Source: an uncultured Verrucomicrobiae bacterium (lineage in GTDB: Bacteria; Verrucomicrobiota; Verrucomicrobiia; Chthoniobacterales; UBA10450). From it: DNA of 64,000 nucleotides. The position numbers were made by a program, and so were the translations under genes. The DNA lies in assembly GCA_963801815.1 (NCBI GenBank), contig CAWDGJ010000009.1, positions 1 to 64,000 of the forward strand, written 5' to 3'. Numbering within the stretch: position 1 is the stretch's first letter; each line of letters opens with the position of its first letter. The notes under the pieces are model-generated. The model saw only the letters and a list, made by a program, of their open reading frames with translations, was not told the DNA's origin and ran no database searches. Of this stretch, positions 52,581 to 61,897 are shown in pieces.

Positions 52581-54605
52581 CTACCTGCGTCGACCGCGAA
52601 TCCGCTTCACGATCCAGATAATTGCAACCAGCCCAATGACCCATGGCGCGAGGAACGCGATTGCGACGCCGATCATCCTCAAACTCCACATGATCGCCGC
52701 CGAACTTTGTCCAATGGTGCGCCGCAGCGTCGCAAACAGGCCGGTGTCTGAGGATACGATATTGCCCTGGCTGTAAACCTGGATCGACAGATCTGCCGGC
52801 GCGTTTGCCTCATCGTTTTGTGCGCCGTTGCGATCCGGGCGTTGCACGCTGACGTTTTCGACTTTGCCGAGCGAATCGAGCGACTTCATAACCTCGTTGT
52901 AATTCTTCATCGGCACGCGCAACGAGACGGTCGCGAATTCCTGACCGTTCGGATCCCGCGAGAACGAGGAGGCGCGCACCCGCCCGCCCTGCTTTTCGAC
53001 GAGATCGCGCAGTTTCTTAGCTTTTTCGTCCACGTCTGATGTGCGAATACGCAACGTTGTTTGTTGGAACGCTGCTTCCTGTTCGTCGCGCGAGATCGCG
53101 ATGTTCAGCTCTACCTTGTCTCGCTTCGTGCTCGCATTTTCCGACATTCCCTCGCCGCCCTGCGAGATGCGTTGGGTTTGGACTTGGAAATTCTCGACCC
53201 GCCCCATGCCTTTCGTTTTTGCGATCACGGCATCACTTTCTTCGGGAGCAATCAACATGCTCATTCGTGCGGAAACACGACCGGTATTGTCGCGATCCAA
53301 TTGCGCGTTCGTGATTTGAACTTTCGGCGACACCAGAGCTTTGAGGTCATTATAAACTTTTTCGACCTCCGGAGTGTAGAGAGCGAGCTGAGCACGTTCC
53401 TTCAACAGATATTTTGCCGCTTCCTCCAAATCCTTTTCCGCGAGCGAAATCGTTACCGTTGCGAATTGGACTTGTGAGTCCCAAAACTTCAGCTCGCCCT
53501 GCATCTTCTCGATCTCTTCCCGCACGCGACTCAGTTCTTTCTCGACTTGAAGCAGATCAGAAACTTTTCCGGCCTTGGTCTTCAACATGTCGATCAGCCG
53601 CTGTTCTATCACGCGCCCATTCTTCAGCCGCGCTTCGGTATCGAAATACGCTTTGGTGACGTCTTCCGTGCCGATCGTTTGGTTCTTTAACTCGCCAAGG
53701 CCGCGAAGTTTTTGAAGCAAGCGGTCCAAGTTTTCCGGAAGGATCTTGACCACAATTTGACCGTGGAGCTTGCCGTTCGCTTGTTTCTGTGAATCGCTTG
53801 TCGCGACGTAACCGCGTTCGTCGGCCGCGAACACGGTGATCTTTTGAACCGCTTGATCGAAGCTAACGATCTCCAGCTCGACAGTTGCATTGCGGACCAG
53901 TTTACGGTTCGAGAGCGCAGAGGAGACCGGCGGCTCTTCCGCTGACGCCTCCGCTTTCTCGTTCGGCACAACAGTTTGCGCAGCCGTGGACGTTTGACCT
54001 GCGTTTGTCAGATTTTCTCTCCGACCGTCTTTTATTTCGTCGCGGAACTCGGGCTTTGGAGCAGCAGGTGCTGAGGCAACATCCGAACGGTAGCGCAATC
54101 CGCCGGCGATTCGGTCCGTCTCTTTCGCCCCCGTCTTGGATTTGGCTAGGTCAGCACCTTCCAAAGTGACTGGCACAGGTGTTTGAGCGAGCTGAGTGCC
54201 GAACTGACTTTCCTCGTTAGCGTCCGCGTATCTGTTCGGCTCAATCAGCCGTTCGCCTGTGATCATTCGCCCAATTTGGATGAGCGCGAGAACAACCGCG
54301 GCCACAGCCGCGATTTGCGCGGAACGCCAGCGCGTAAGATTGAAAACGAACCTCATGATGCTGTCAGACTTTTGGGGAATTCGATTGCGGAAGCCCATGA
54401 GCATCCGATTCTCGAACGCGACATCGGGCTTTTCGTTTTCGAATTTTTCTTCCAGAACTTTGTTCATAGCTTTTGTTTCCTGATGGGCTTGGCGGCAATC
54501 GGCGCATTCGACGAGATGAGTGTGCAACGCGTTCCGTTCTTCCTCGGAAAGCTCACTGTGGAGATCGGCTGCTAAATATTCGTCGATATTATCGTGAATG
54601 GTCAT
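52581..54605 (-). CDS. Putative zinc-finger anti-sigma factor with DUF4349-like domains
   Basis: HLVECADC (HxxxCxxC), TM segment, EDVTKAYFD..ARL; coupled to an ECF sigma gene. Confidence 0.75.
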   Translation of the reverse strand: MTIHDNIDEYLAADLHSELSEEERNALHTHLVECADCRQAHQETKAMNKVLEEKFENEKPDVAFENRMLMGFRNRIPQKSDSIMRFVFNLTRWRSAQIAAVAAVVLALIQIGRMITGERLIEPNRYADANEESQFGTQLAQTPVPVTLEGADLAKSKTGAKETDRIAGGLRYRSDVASAPAAPKPEFRDEIKDGRRENLTNAGQTSTAAQTVVPNEKAEASAEEPPVSSALSNRKLVRNATVELEIVSFDQAVQKITVFAADERGYVATSDSQKQANGKLHGQIVVKILPENLDRLLQKLRGLGELKNQTIGTEDVTKAYFDTEARLKNGRVIEQRLIDMLKTKAGKVSDLLQVEKELSRVREEIEKMQGELKFWDSQVQFATVTISLAEKDLEEAAKYLLKERAQLALYTPEVEKVYNDLKALVSPKVQITNAQLDRDNTGRVSARMSMLIAPEESDAVIAKTKGMGRVENFQVQTQRISQGGEGMSENASTKRDKVELNIAISRDEQEAAFQQTTLRIRTSDVDEKAKKLRDLVEKQGGRVRASSFSRDPNGQEFATVSLRVPMKNYNEVMKSLDSLGKVENVSVQRPDRNGAQNDEANAPADLSIQVYSQGNIVSSDTGLFATLRRTIGQSSAAIMWSLRMIGVAIAFLAPWVIGLVAIIWIVKRIRGRRR

Positions 54606-55144
54606 GGCTGTTCGGAGGCGAGGGCGGGTTTGAGTCGTTTGCGCATCGATGCCAGCGCACGGCCGAGAATTCCGCGCAGCGAACCATTGGTCAGACCAAG
54701 TCGATTCTCGATTGTCGCGTAATCCATCCCTTCGAAGTAGCGAAGCGACAGCGCGGCCCGATGGAGATCAGGAAGCGATGCGAGCGCTGAATGCAGGTGT
54801 TGGTCCAAAACGGCGTTTTCGATGAGGTCCGTCGGACCTGACGGAGCAGGTCCCTCCATTTCTTTGGGATCAGGCCGGCGCTTTCTGAAAACGTCGCGGG
54901 CGCGATGACGCGCGATCATGCAAAGCCAGGCCGGGAACTTCTCCGGATCCCGCACCCGCCAGCGTGATTTCCAGGCTTTGACCAGCGCGTCCTGAACCGC
55001 GTCCTCAGCTTCTTCGCGATTCTGGAGAATGCCGTAAGCAATGGCGAAAAGGGGCCGACTGTGGGTGCGGATGATCATTTCAAATGCCTCGCGATCGCCC
55101 TGAATGGCTGCCCGGTAAACTTCGCGCTCATTGGCGTCCATCAT
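54602..55144 (-). CDS. ECF sigma-70 factor
   Basis: EAEDAVQDAL, FPAWL and LSLRYFEGMDY. Confidence 0.9.
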   Translation of the reverse strand: MMDANEREVYRAAIQGDREAFEMIIRTHSRPLFAIAYGILQNREEAEDAVQDALVKAWKSRWRVRDPEKFPAWLCMIARHRARDVFRKRRPDPKEMEGPAPSGPTDLIENAVLDQHLHSALASLPDLHRAALSLRYFEGMDYATIENRLGLTNGSLRGILGRALASMRKRLKPALASEQP

Positions 55145-55264
55145 GTTGATCTAAAGCCTAGACGCCTGGACTGGCCATTCCGCGCGAAAAATCTTCAAGA
55201 AATATCGAAATGCGAATTTCGAAGCCCGAAACAAGTCACTAGAATATTGAAATCCGAACCCCCC

Positions 55265-55627
55265 ATGAACAGCAACAGCGGCGATAAGCCGTACAATCTT
55301 GAGGAGCGAACATTTCAATTCGCAAGAACGAGTCGAATATTCGCTAAGCGACTGCCAAGAACAGTTACCAATTCTGAGGACGTGAAACAGCTCATTCGCG
55401 CTTCAGGCTCAATAGGAGCGAATTATATTGAGGCGAACGAATGCATCGGCAAAAAGGATTTCGTAATGAAGATCAAGATTTGCCGACGAGAAGCGAAAGA
55501 AAGTGCTTACTGGCTTCGCTTACTCGATTGCGACGATAGTCTGGAGCAGGAGCGCAGTGAGCTGACGAGTGAAGCCTTGGAATTGATGAAGATCTTTGGC
55601 TCGATCGCCCGAAAATCCGGCGGCTGA
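55265..55627 (+). CDS. Four-helix-bundle (23S rRNA-IVP family) protein
   Basis: LEERTFQFA, QLIRASGSIGANYIEA and REAKESAYWL. Confidence 0.88.
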   Translation: MNSNSGDKPYNLEERTFQFARTSRIFAKRLPRTVTNSEDVKQLIRASGSIGANYIEANECIGKKDFVMKIKICRREAKESAYWLRLLDCDDSLEQERSELTSEALELMKIFGSIARKSGG

Positions 55628-55677
55628 ATTTTTTGATTCGGACTTGTTTCGGATTTCGACTCGAATTTCGGATTTTA

Positions 55678-56721
55678 TTAGAAGATAATAACGGTGTTCC
55701 CGACGCTAACGAGGTCTTTCAAACGAATGACATCCCAGTTGGCGACGCGAATGCAACCGTGACTGGCGGCACGGCCTATCGTTTCCGGATTGTTCGTACC
55801 GTGGATCCCAATTCCCGGTTTATCCAGGCCCATCCAAACCACTCCCACCAGATTGTTCGGGCCCGGCGGAAGGTTGTAATACTCGTCACTCCGAACGCCG
55901 TAGTTGAGCATCGCTTCGTCGTAACGAAACCATGGCCACGTTGCAGCGCCGACGATTTTCCAGGTGCCGATCGGCGCCGGCAATGTGGTCGAGCCCGGCG
56001 TGATCGGAAACACACAAACCAGCTGATTGTTCTCGAAGACCTCAAGCAAGCGCTCGGTCGTATCGACATAAATTTTCCGCGTCGCGAACGCCTTGTTCGG
56101 CTTTAGCTGCGCTTCCTTCACCTTCTCGATCTCGAACGGCAAGACGTTCGGAACTTTCAGCTCGTCGCCAACCTCGAGATGATCGCAGTCCAGGTCGCGG
56201 TCACGATTAATTTTGCGAATGTAATCCTCGGCCGAGTGAAATCGTTCCGCGACGAATTCGAGCAACGAGGTGTAGGGCAGAAACTTCAGTTTTGCCTGAC
56301 TCGGATGATCGGATGGCAACTCGCCCACGTAGGCAAGGTCGTCGCCCTTAATCGTGTAAGTGGTGAACGTCTGGGGCACCTGGTCGAGCATCCATTGATC
56401 GATTACCCCCGTCTCGCGCTGAGCTCCCGCGTGCTTGAATGAGATGAGCGCTTTTCGGAAAAACTCGCCCATTCTTCCGTCGATCTTTCCCGGCCCGAAA
56501 TCGTTGTTATCGAGAAAAATTTGGAGACGCGTCGCGGTTTCTTCGTCGTAGTTCGGCAAGGCGACGAAAACCTTGGGTGTCGGCTTTGGGGTCGCCGCCG
56601 GGGCCGGTCCCGGCGCGGATTCACGATAGGGAACGGCACGGACCGGCTGCTGTGGCGGCGGCGCTCCGATAGCGCGCACAATCAACAACGAACAAATCGC
56701 ACAGCCCAACAACCGTTTCAT
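55678..56721 (-). CDS. L,D-transpeptidase with peptidoglycan-binding domain
   Basis: GIHGT...SHGCIR; GKIDG. Confidence 0.9.
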   Translation of the reverse strand: MKRLLGCAICSLLIVRAIGAPPPQQPVRAVPYRESAPGPAPAATPKPTPKVFVALPNYDEETATRLQIFLDNNDFGPGKIDGRMGEFFRKALISFKHAGAQRETGVIDQWMLDQVPQTFTTYTIKGDDLAYVGELPSDHPSQAKLKFLPYTSLLEFVAERFHSAEDYIRKINRDRDLDCDHLEVGDELKVPNVLPFEIEKVKEAQLKPNKAFATRKIYVDTTERLLEVFENNQLVCVFPITPGSTTLPAPIGTWKIVGAATWPWFRYDEAMLNYGVRSDEYYNLPPGPNNLVGVVWMGLDKPGIGIHGTNNPETIGRAASHGCIRVANWDVIRLKDLVSVGNTVIIF

Positions 56722-56817
56722 CGGCGAAAGTTATGCGCTGGGGAGCGCCTTTGCGCAACTTGGTAGATTTTTACAATCGATCACGCGCTTGACGGCGGCG
56801 ATTCGAATTGAGTTTCT

Positions 56818-57489
56818 ATGTTCATGCCGGATTCGATTTTCGTAACAGGCGGTACAGGCTACATCGGCTCACGACTGATTCCGTTACTCCGAAAGCGCGG
56901 TTTTGACGTGAAAGCGCTCGTCCGGGCCGGGTCGGAGAAAAAATTACCCGTGGGGGCCACCGGTGTGATTGGCGACGCGCTGCGAATCGATTCCTATACC
57001 GAGCAAGTTCGCGGCGCCGGCACGTTTGTCCATTTGATCGGCGTCCCGCATCCAAGCCCCGCCAAGGCAAAACAATTCCACGAGATCGACCTTGTTTCGA
57101 TCAAAGTTGCGATCAAAGCGGCGCGCGATGCCGGCGTTGAGCATTTTGTTTATCTCAGCGTGGCGCACCCGGCACCGGCAATGAAAGAGTTCATCGCGGT
57201 GCGGAGCGCTGGGGAGCAGATGATCCGCGAGAGTGGGATTCAAGCAACATTCGTGAGGCCATGGTACGTGCTTGGACCCGGGCACCGCTGGCCTTACGCG
57301 ATCCTTCCGGTCTATTGGATTCTCGAGAAATTGCCGAACACGAAAGACTCCGCGGAGCGTCTGGGCCTGATCACGATCGACCAAATGCTGAGCGCGCTCC
57401 TCTGGTCGATCGAAAATCCGCCAAGCGGCGTGCAGATTGTCGATGTTCCGAAAATTCGCGAGATCAGCCGGACTTTGACAAGGCACTGA
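56818..57489 (+). CDS. NAD(P)-binding epimerase-like protein
   Basis: VTGGTGYIG. Confidence 0.8.
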   Translation: MFMPDSIFVTGGTGYIGSRLIPLLRKRGFDVKALVRAGSEKKLPVGATGVIGDALRIDSYTEQVRGAGTFVHLIGVPHPSPAKAKQFHEIDLVSIKVAIKAARDAGVEHFVYLSVAHPAPAMKEFIAVRSAGEQMIRESGIQATFVRPWYVLGPGHRWPYAILPVYWILEKLPNTKDSAERLGLITIDQMLSALLWSIENPPSGVQIVDVPKIREISRTLTRH

Positions 57490-57622
57490 ACAGAATAAAA
57501 GCCCCGGCGACTAGTCCGACCAGATAAAGCAGAAAGATGAACGGACCAAGGTTCAGTCCGAATCCGAGCAGACTGTCAACAATGAGATAAAGCGCGAGCA
57601 GGATCATTCCGATTTTCTTCAT
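57464..57622 (-). CDS. Small two-TM protein (not in the ORF track)
   Basis: MKKIGMILLALYLI...AGAFIL resembles the 61612-61761 protein. Confidence 0.6.
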   Translation of the reverse strand: MKKIGMILLALYLIVDSLLGFGLNLGPFIFLLYLVGLVAGAFILFSALSKSG

Positions 57623-57809
57623 GCCGTGCAGTATTTTGTTATTCTGACCGAAGTCGAGGATCTTCGATCAAATTCGAAGCTCGAAATCCGACAATGTTCA
57701 AAATCGAATGCTAAAGCTAAATTAGCGAGACCGTTTTGAATTTTGTCCTTCTTTGATTCGGGCTTGTTTCGAGATTCGAAATTCGGGTTTCGAATTTCGC
57801 ATCTAGGTG

Positions 57810-57926
57810 CTACAGCGTCTTTAGATACTCGATCAGGTCGCGCTTCTCGTCGTCGGACAATTTCGTGCCGTAATCGTGTCCGGAATCTGAATTGCCGCTC
57901 GTACTCGTGTCGAGCACGTAAGCGCC
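57810..57926 (-). pseudogene. C-terminal remnant of a RoxA-like/cytochrome c protein
   Basis: Reads GAYVLDTSTSGNSDSGHDYGTKLSDDEKRDLIEYLKTL-stop with no start codon. Confidence 0.65.
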
Positions 57927-58538
57927 TTATCGGGACACGTTTGAAATTTCAACGCGAATCAGACCGGTTGCGCCAGGCCGCGTCATGAATGCTTCAACCC
58001 ACCCATCGTTACGGTAAAAGTATTGCTCGTAGCGCCACAGTATTTCCAGTTTCGCCCCGTCGGGTTTTTTCCAAGTGAGCTTCTGATAAATGTATCGTTT
58101 CCATTTCGGCGAATTGCCGGTCATGAAATTGACCTCGAAAAAGTTCGGCCATGCCAGGGCACTGTGTTCGATCGAAATCGTCGCGTTGTCGCCACTCGGA
58201 ACATTCGCAGCAAGCTTCTCGTCTTGCGACAACACCGGCCCGAAGGGGAAAGCTTTCTCGCGAAACGACAATGCAAGCTCTCCGTCCTTGGTCGTGCCCA
58301 CATTTGGCTTCGATCCGCTTAACGCGATATCGTCGAGGGTTAGATCAATATCTGCAACGTGCAGGTTTCCGCCGGTTCCACTGCCTTCGTAAGTCATCCC
58401 ACTAATGGGCCGCGAACTGGTTTTGATTGTCTTGAACTTATCGACCAGCGTCGCCAGATCGCGCGCTCGCCAATACCACAAAACCGCGAGCACGGCGATG
58501 ATCAGGAGCGCGACTAAAATCTTGCGCATGATCTGCAA
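57927..58538 (-). CDS. Exported hypothetical protein
   Basis: N-terminal signal/anchor MRKILVALLII. Confidence 0.65.
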   Translation of the reverse strand: MQIMRKILVALLIIAVLAVLWYWRARDLATLVDKFKTIKTSSRPISGMTYEGSGTGGNLHVADIDLTLDDIALSGSKPNVGTTKDGELALSFREKAFPFGPVLSQDEKLAANVPSGDNATISIEHSALAWPNFFEVNFMTGNSPKWKRYIYQKLTWKKPDGAKLEILWRYEQYFYRNDGWVEAFMTRPGATGLIRVEISNVSR

Positions 58539-58616
58539 CTATAAGCCACAGATGGACACAGATTGTCACAGATTTTCTTATCGGTGTTTCATCCGTGTTA
58601 ATCAGTGACTAGAGTA

Positions 58617-60440
58617 TTATGTCTTCTTCTTCGCGATGTAGTCGTTGATCTGCTCCTCGAGAATCTCGAGCGGCAACCCTCCGTTCTTCAAAACGTTGTC
58701 GTCAAATTCGCGCTCGTCGAACTTGTTGCCGAGCTCTTGTTGGGCGCGGGCCCGTAGCTCCTGGATCTTCAGCATTCCAACCTTGTAGGCGCACGCCTGT
58801 CCTGGATTGACGATGTAACGCTCGATTTCCGCCTTCACTTCCTTTTCACCCATGCCGGTCTTGTCGCGCATGAAAGTGATCGCTTGTTCGCGAGTCCAAT
58901 GTTTGGCGTGAATTCCAGTGTCCACCACCAACCGGACTGCGCGGAAAAGTTCGTCGCGCAGCCGGCCGAGGTCGCCGAACTGGTCGTCTTTATACCAACC
59001 GGCTTGTTTGGCCAGCCACTCGGCATAAAGGGCCCAGCCTTCAGCGTAAGCGGTGAACGGAAGAACTTTTCTAAATTGCGGAACGCCTTTGAGTTCCTGC
59101 GCGATAGAGATTTGCCAGTGATGCCCAGGTACCCCTTCATGATAGGAGAGCGTCGGCATGCTCCACTTCGGGACCTCGTTCATGTCGCGGAGGTTCGCGT
59201 AAAAGATTCCCGGGCGTGAACCGTCCATCGCGCCGCCCTGATAATATGCGCCGGGCGCGGTCGCTTCCTTGAACGTTTCGACCCGGCGAATTTCGATCTG
59301 TGCTTTCGGCGCGAGGTAGAAAAGGTGTGCCTTCGATTCCGCGACGGCGTTGTCGATCAAACGCTTGTATTCGGCGAGCGCCTCCGTTCGGCCTTTGTCG
59401 TCATTGGAATAGAGAAAGCGCGGGTCTTTGCCGAGTTTGTCCATCGACGCGCCGATCGGCTGACCAGCGAAACCGTTTGCATCGAGAATCGTGCGCATCT
59501 CGCCCTCAATCCTCGTGATCTCGCGCAAACCGAGCTCATGCACTTGGTTCGGCGGCATGTTTGTAGTCGTATTCGATTTCAGCGTATACGCATAAAACGC
59601 GTCACCATCCGGCAACTTCCAAACCCCATCATCGGTCGTCGTTTTTGGCAGAAGCTCCTGGAAATACGCGATCAACTTTTGATACGCGGGATAAACATGG
59701 GTTGTGATGGAGGCTTCGACGCGTTTCTGAAAATCCGCGCGCTGTTGATCATTCAACTTGTCGATCTTCGCTGCGCGTTCCTTGAACGACGTCGCGAGGA
59801 TGTTCTCCGCGGGCGGTTTCGCGATGAAGTCCGTCATTTCCTTGAGCACTTCTTCGACGACAAAGCGCGGCGGGATGATTTTTTCCTGCTCGCGCTTTTT
59901 CACGCTTTGGAGCGTCTGGTCGAACTTCGTCGGCAACGCGTCGAGCCGCATGATGTAATACTCACAATCGCGCGCGTTGAACAGCCGGTGGGTGTTCGCC
60001 ATGAAGGACGGATACTGGTTCTGCACCCCGAAAAGCTGATTGACCGGATAGTCGTAATCCTGCCACTTCTCGCCATCGACCTGGTCCTGTAAAAACCATT
60101 CGAGCACGTGCGTGGAAAGCTTCTGCGACGGCGTTTGCTTATCCAGCGGATATTCGTGCAGCTGCTGGAGATCTTTTTTCCACCGGTCGATCTGCAATTG
60201 CTGGTGGGCGGGCGATTCATCGCTCAACTTGCCGTTGTGGCTGGTAAAACCGAATTGTTCGACTAGCCCGAGTTGTGACAGCAGCTCCGGCTCGCCGAAA
60301 ATCGTTTCGGCAAAAACTTTCTCGTAAAAGAGGTTGAGGCTCCACGGCCGGAACCAGATCAGATTGATGAGGAAAACCGCGATGACGACGACCAGGACCA
60401 GGATGATGGAAAAGGACCATTTGAGGATGCGTTTAAACAT
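58617..60440 (-). CDS. DUF885 family protein
   Basis: HEGVPGHH, AYAEGWALY and PGQACAYKVG. Confidence 0.9.
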   Translation of the reverse strand: MFKRILKWSFSIILVLVVVIAVFLINLIWFRPWSLNLFYEKVFAETIFGEPELLSQLGLVEQFGFTSHNGKLSDESPAHQQLQIDRWKKDLQQLHEYPLDKQTPSQKLSTHVLEWFLQDQVDGEKWQDYDYPVNQLFGVQNQYPSFMANTHRLFNARDCEYYIMRLDALPTKFDQTLQSVKKREQEKIIPPRFVVEEVLKEMTDFIAKPPAENILATSFKERAAKIDKLNDQQRADFQKRVEASITTHVYPAYQKLIAYFQELLPKTTTDDGVWKLPDGDAFYAYTLKSNTTTNMPPNQVHELGLREITRIEGEMRTILDANGFAGQPIGASMDKLGKDPRFLYSNDDKGRTEALAEYKRLIDNAVAESKAHLFYLAPKAQIEIRRVETFKEATAPGAYYQGGAMDGSRPGIFYANLRDMNEVPKWSMPTLSYHEGVPGHHWQISIAQELKGVPQFRKVLPFTAYAEGWALYAEWLAKQAGWYKDDQFGDLGRLRDELFRAVRLVVDTGIHAKHWTREQAITFMRDKTGMGEKEVKAEIERYIVNPGQACAYKVGMLKIQELRARAQQELGNKFDEREFDDNVLKNGGLPLEILEEQINDYIAKKKT

Positions 60441-60505
60441 AGGACTCCTTAGAATTGAGATGCGGCTGCAAGCCTTGTGGACTCAGAATAGTTACTCGGC
60501 GACAG

Positions 60506-60573
60506 CAGCCCAGCGTTTTATAGCGCCCAATGCCGATTCGCAACCGAAATAGCCCAGCGTTTTAACGCTGGGT
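60506..60573. repeat. REP-like AGCCCAGCGTTT repeat with hairpin
   Basis: Two AGCCCAGCGTTTTA copies, the second closing as CCCAGCGTT-TT-AACGCTGGG. Confidence 0.6.
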
Positions 60574-60633
60574 AGAAGCTGTCGACTCAGTCCCATTTGC
60601 CTCGACGCCATCTGTAACAGACACTTTTACTAA

Positions 60634-61509
60634 ATGAGAAGGTCATCGCGACGTCACGTTGCCATTCGATCGGGGCAGGTCGAGTTCGTGAAGGTCAACA
60701 CCGACGCGGGTAGGTGGCGCGACGTTTACCGCTGGCTCCTCGGCCTAAGCTGGCCACAGTTCGCCGGCTTCGTCGCGGTTATTTACGTCGCTCTCAATCT
60801 GGTCTTCGCGGTCTTCTACAGCCTCGATCGCAATAGCGTCGGCGGGGCGACAATGGCGGAATGGTTTTTGGATTGTTTTTTCTTCAGCGTTCAAACTCTG
60901 GCCACTGTTGGTTACGGCCATATATATCCGCAAGACATCTACGGTCACATTGTAAGCACCGTCGAAATCATGACGGGCCTTTTCTTGTTGGCGGTGATGA
61001 CCGGTCTCATCTTCGTCCGCTTTTCGCGACCGGTCGCGCGGGTTGTATTCAGCAGATCGATGGTCGTCGGCCCGTTGAACGGCAAGCCAACTTTGATGGT
61101 GCGGGTCGGCAATGAAAACCATCACAGCATGGTCGAAGCGAAGTTTCGGATCATGTACTCGCGCGACCAACAATTAGTCGAAGGCGGCGACTTCCGATAC
61201 TTTTACGATCTCAAACTGCATTTCGACCAGCTGACGGTCTTCCCCGCGGCGTTAACGCTGCGTCATGAAATCGACGAGCAGAGTCCGCTTTTTGGAGCGA
61301 CTGCAGAATCGCTTGAGGCGGAACGAGCGCTCTTCTTTGTGTCGGTCGTCGGAATCGACCCGGTCATTGCGGCCGAAGTGCAAACGCAAAAGGATTATAC
61401 TTTTCGCGACATCCGGTTAGGCCACCGGTTCGTGGAAATTTACACTCAACACGGCGGCGGCAAGCTGACCGTGGATTACGGCCGCCTGCACGACATTGAG
61501 CCAGTCTGA
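60634..61509 (+). CDS. KirBac-type inward-rectifier potassium channel
   Basis: FFFSVQTLATVGYG filter, RFSRP and HEIDEQSPL. Confidence 0.9.
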   Translation: MRRSSRRHVAIRSGQVEFVKVNTDAGRWRDVYRWLLGLSWPQFAGFVAVIYVALNLVFAVFYSLDRNSVGGATMAEWFLDCFFFSVQTLATVGYGHIYPQDIYGHIVSTVEIMTGLFLLAVMTGLIFVRFSRPVARVVFSRSMVVGPLNGKPTLMVRVGNENHHSMVEAKFRIMYSRDQQLVEGGDFRYFYDLKLHFDQLTVFPAALTLRHEIDEQSPLFGATAESLEAERALFFVSVVGIDPVIAAEVQTQKDYTFRDIRLGHRFVEIYTQHGGGKLTVDYGRLHDIEPV

Positions 61510-61611
61510 AGACTGACTAACCACGGATGACACGGATAGCACAGACAGGTCTGTGCCCATTTTTCTTATCCGTTAAATCCGCGTAATCGGTGGTTTCCGT
61601 TCTCCCGCTGC

Positions 61612-61761
61612 CTATTTGCCGATCAGGATGAAAACGCCAGCGAGGATCGCCAGGATTCCCATCAGCACGCCGGGAATCACGATTGCGAACAACATCCCAA
61701 TACCCGCCAGAATCAGATAGATCGCCAGCAACAGCATTCCGATATTTTTGGTGAAGTTCAT
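61612..61761 (-). CDS. Small two-TM protein
   Basis: MNFTKNIGMLLLAIYLIL...AGVFILIGK. Confidence 0.7.
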   Translation of the reverse strand: MNFTKNIGMLLLAIYLILAGIGMLFAIVIPGVLMGILAILAGVFILIGK

Positions 61762-61897
61762 GAATGAGCCTTTCGTTAGGTGAGGTTGTCGATCTTTCAC
61801 GGCGCGACGCGAATGTCACGACCAAAAACGGACTAACCACGGATTACGCGGATGTCGGTGATATTCCCGTTACCGTCTTGACCTAGTTCTTTAATCC

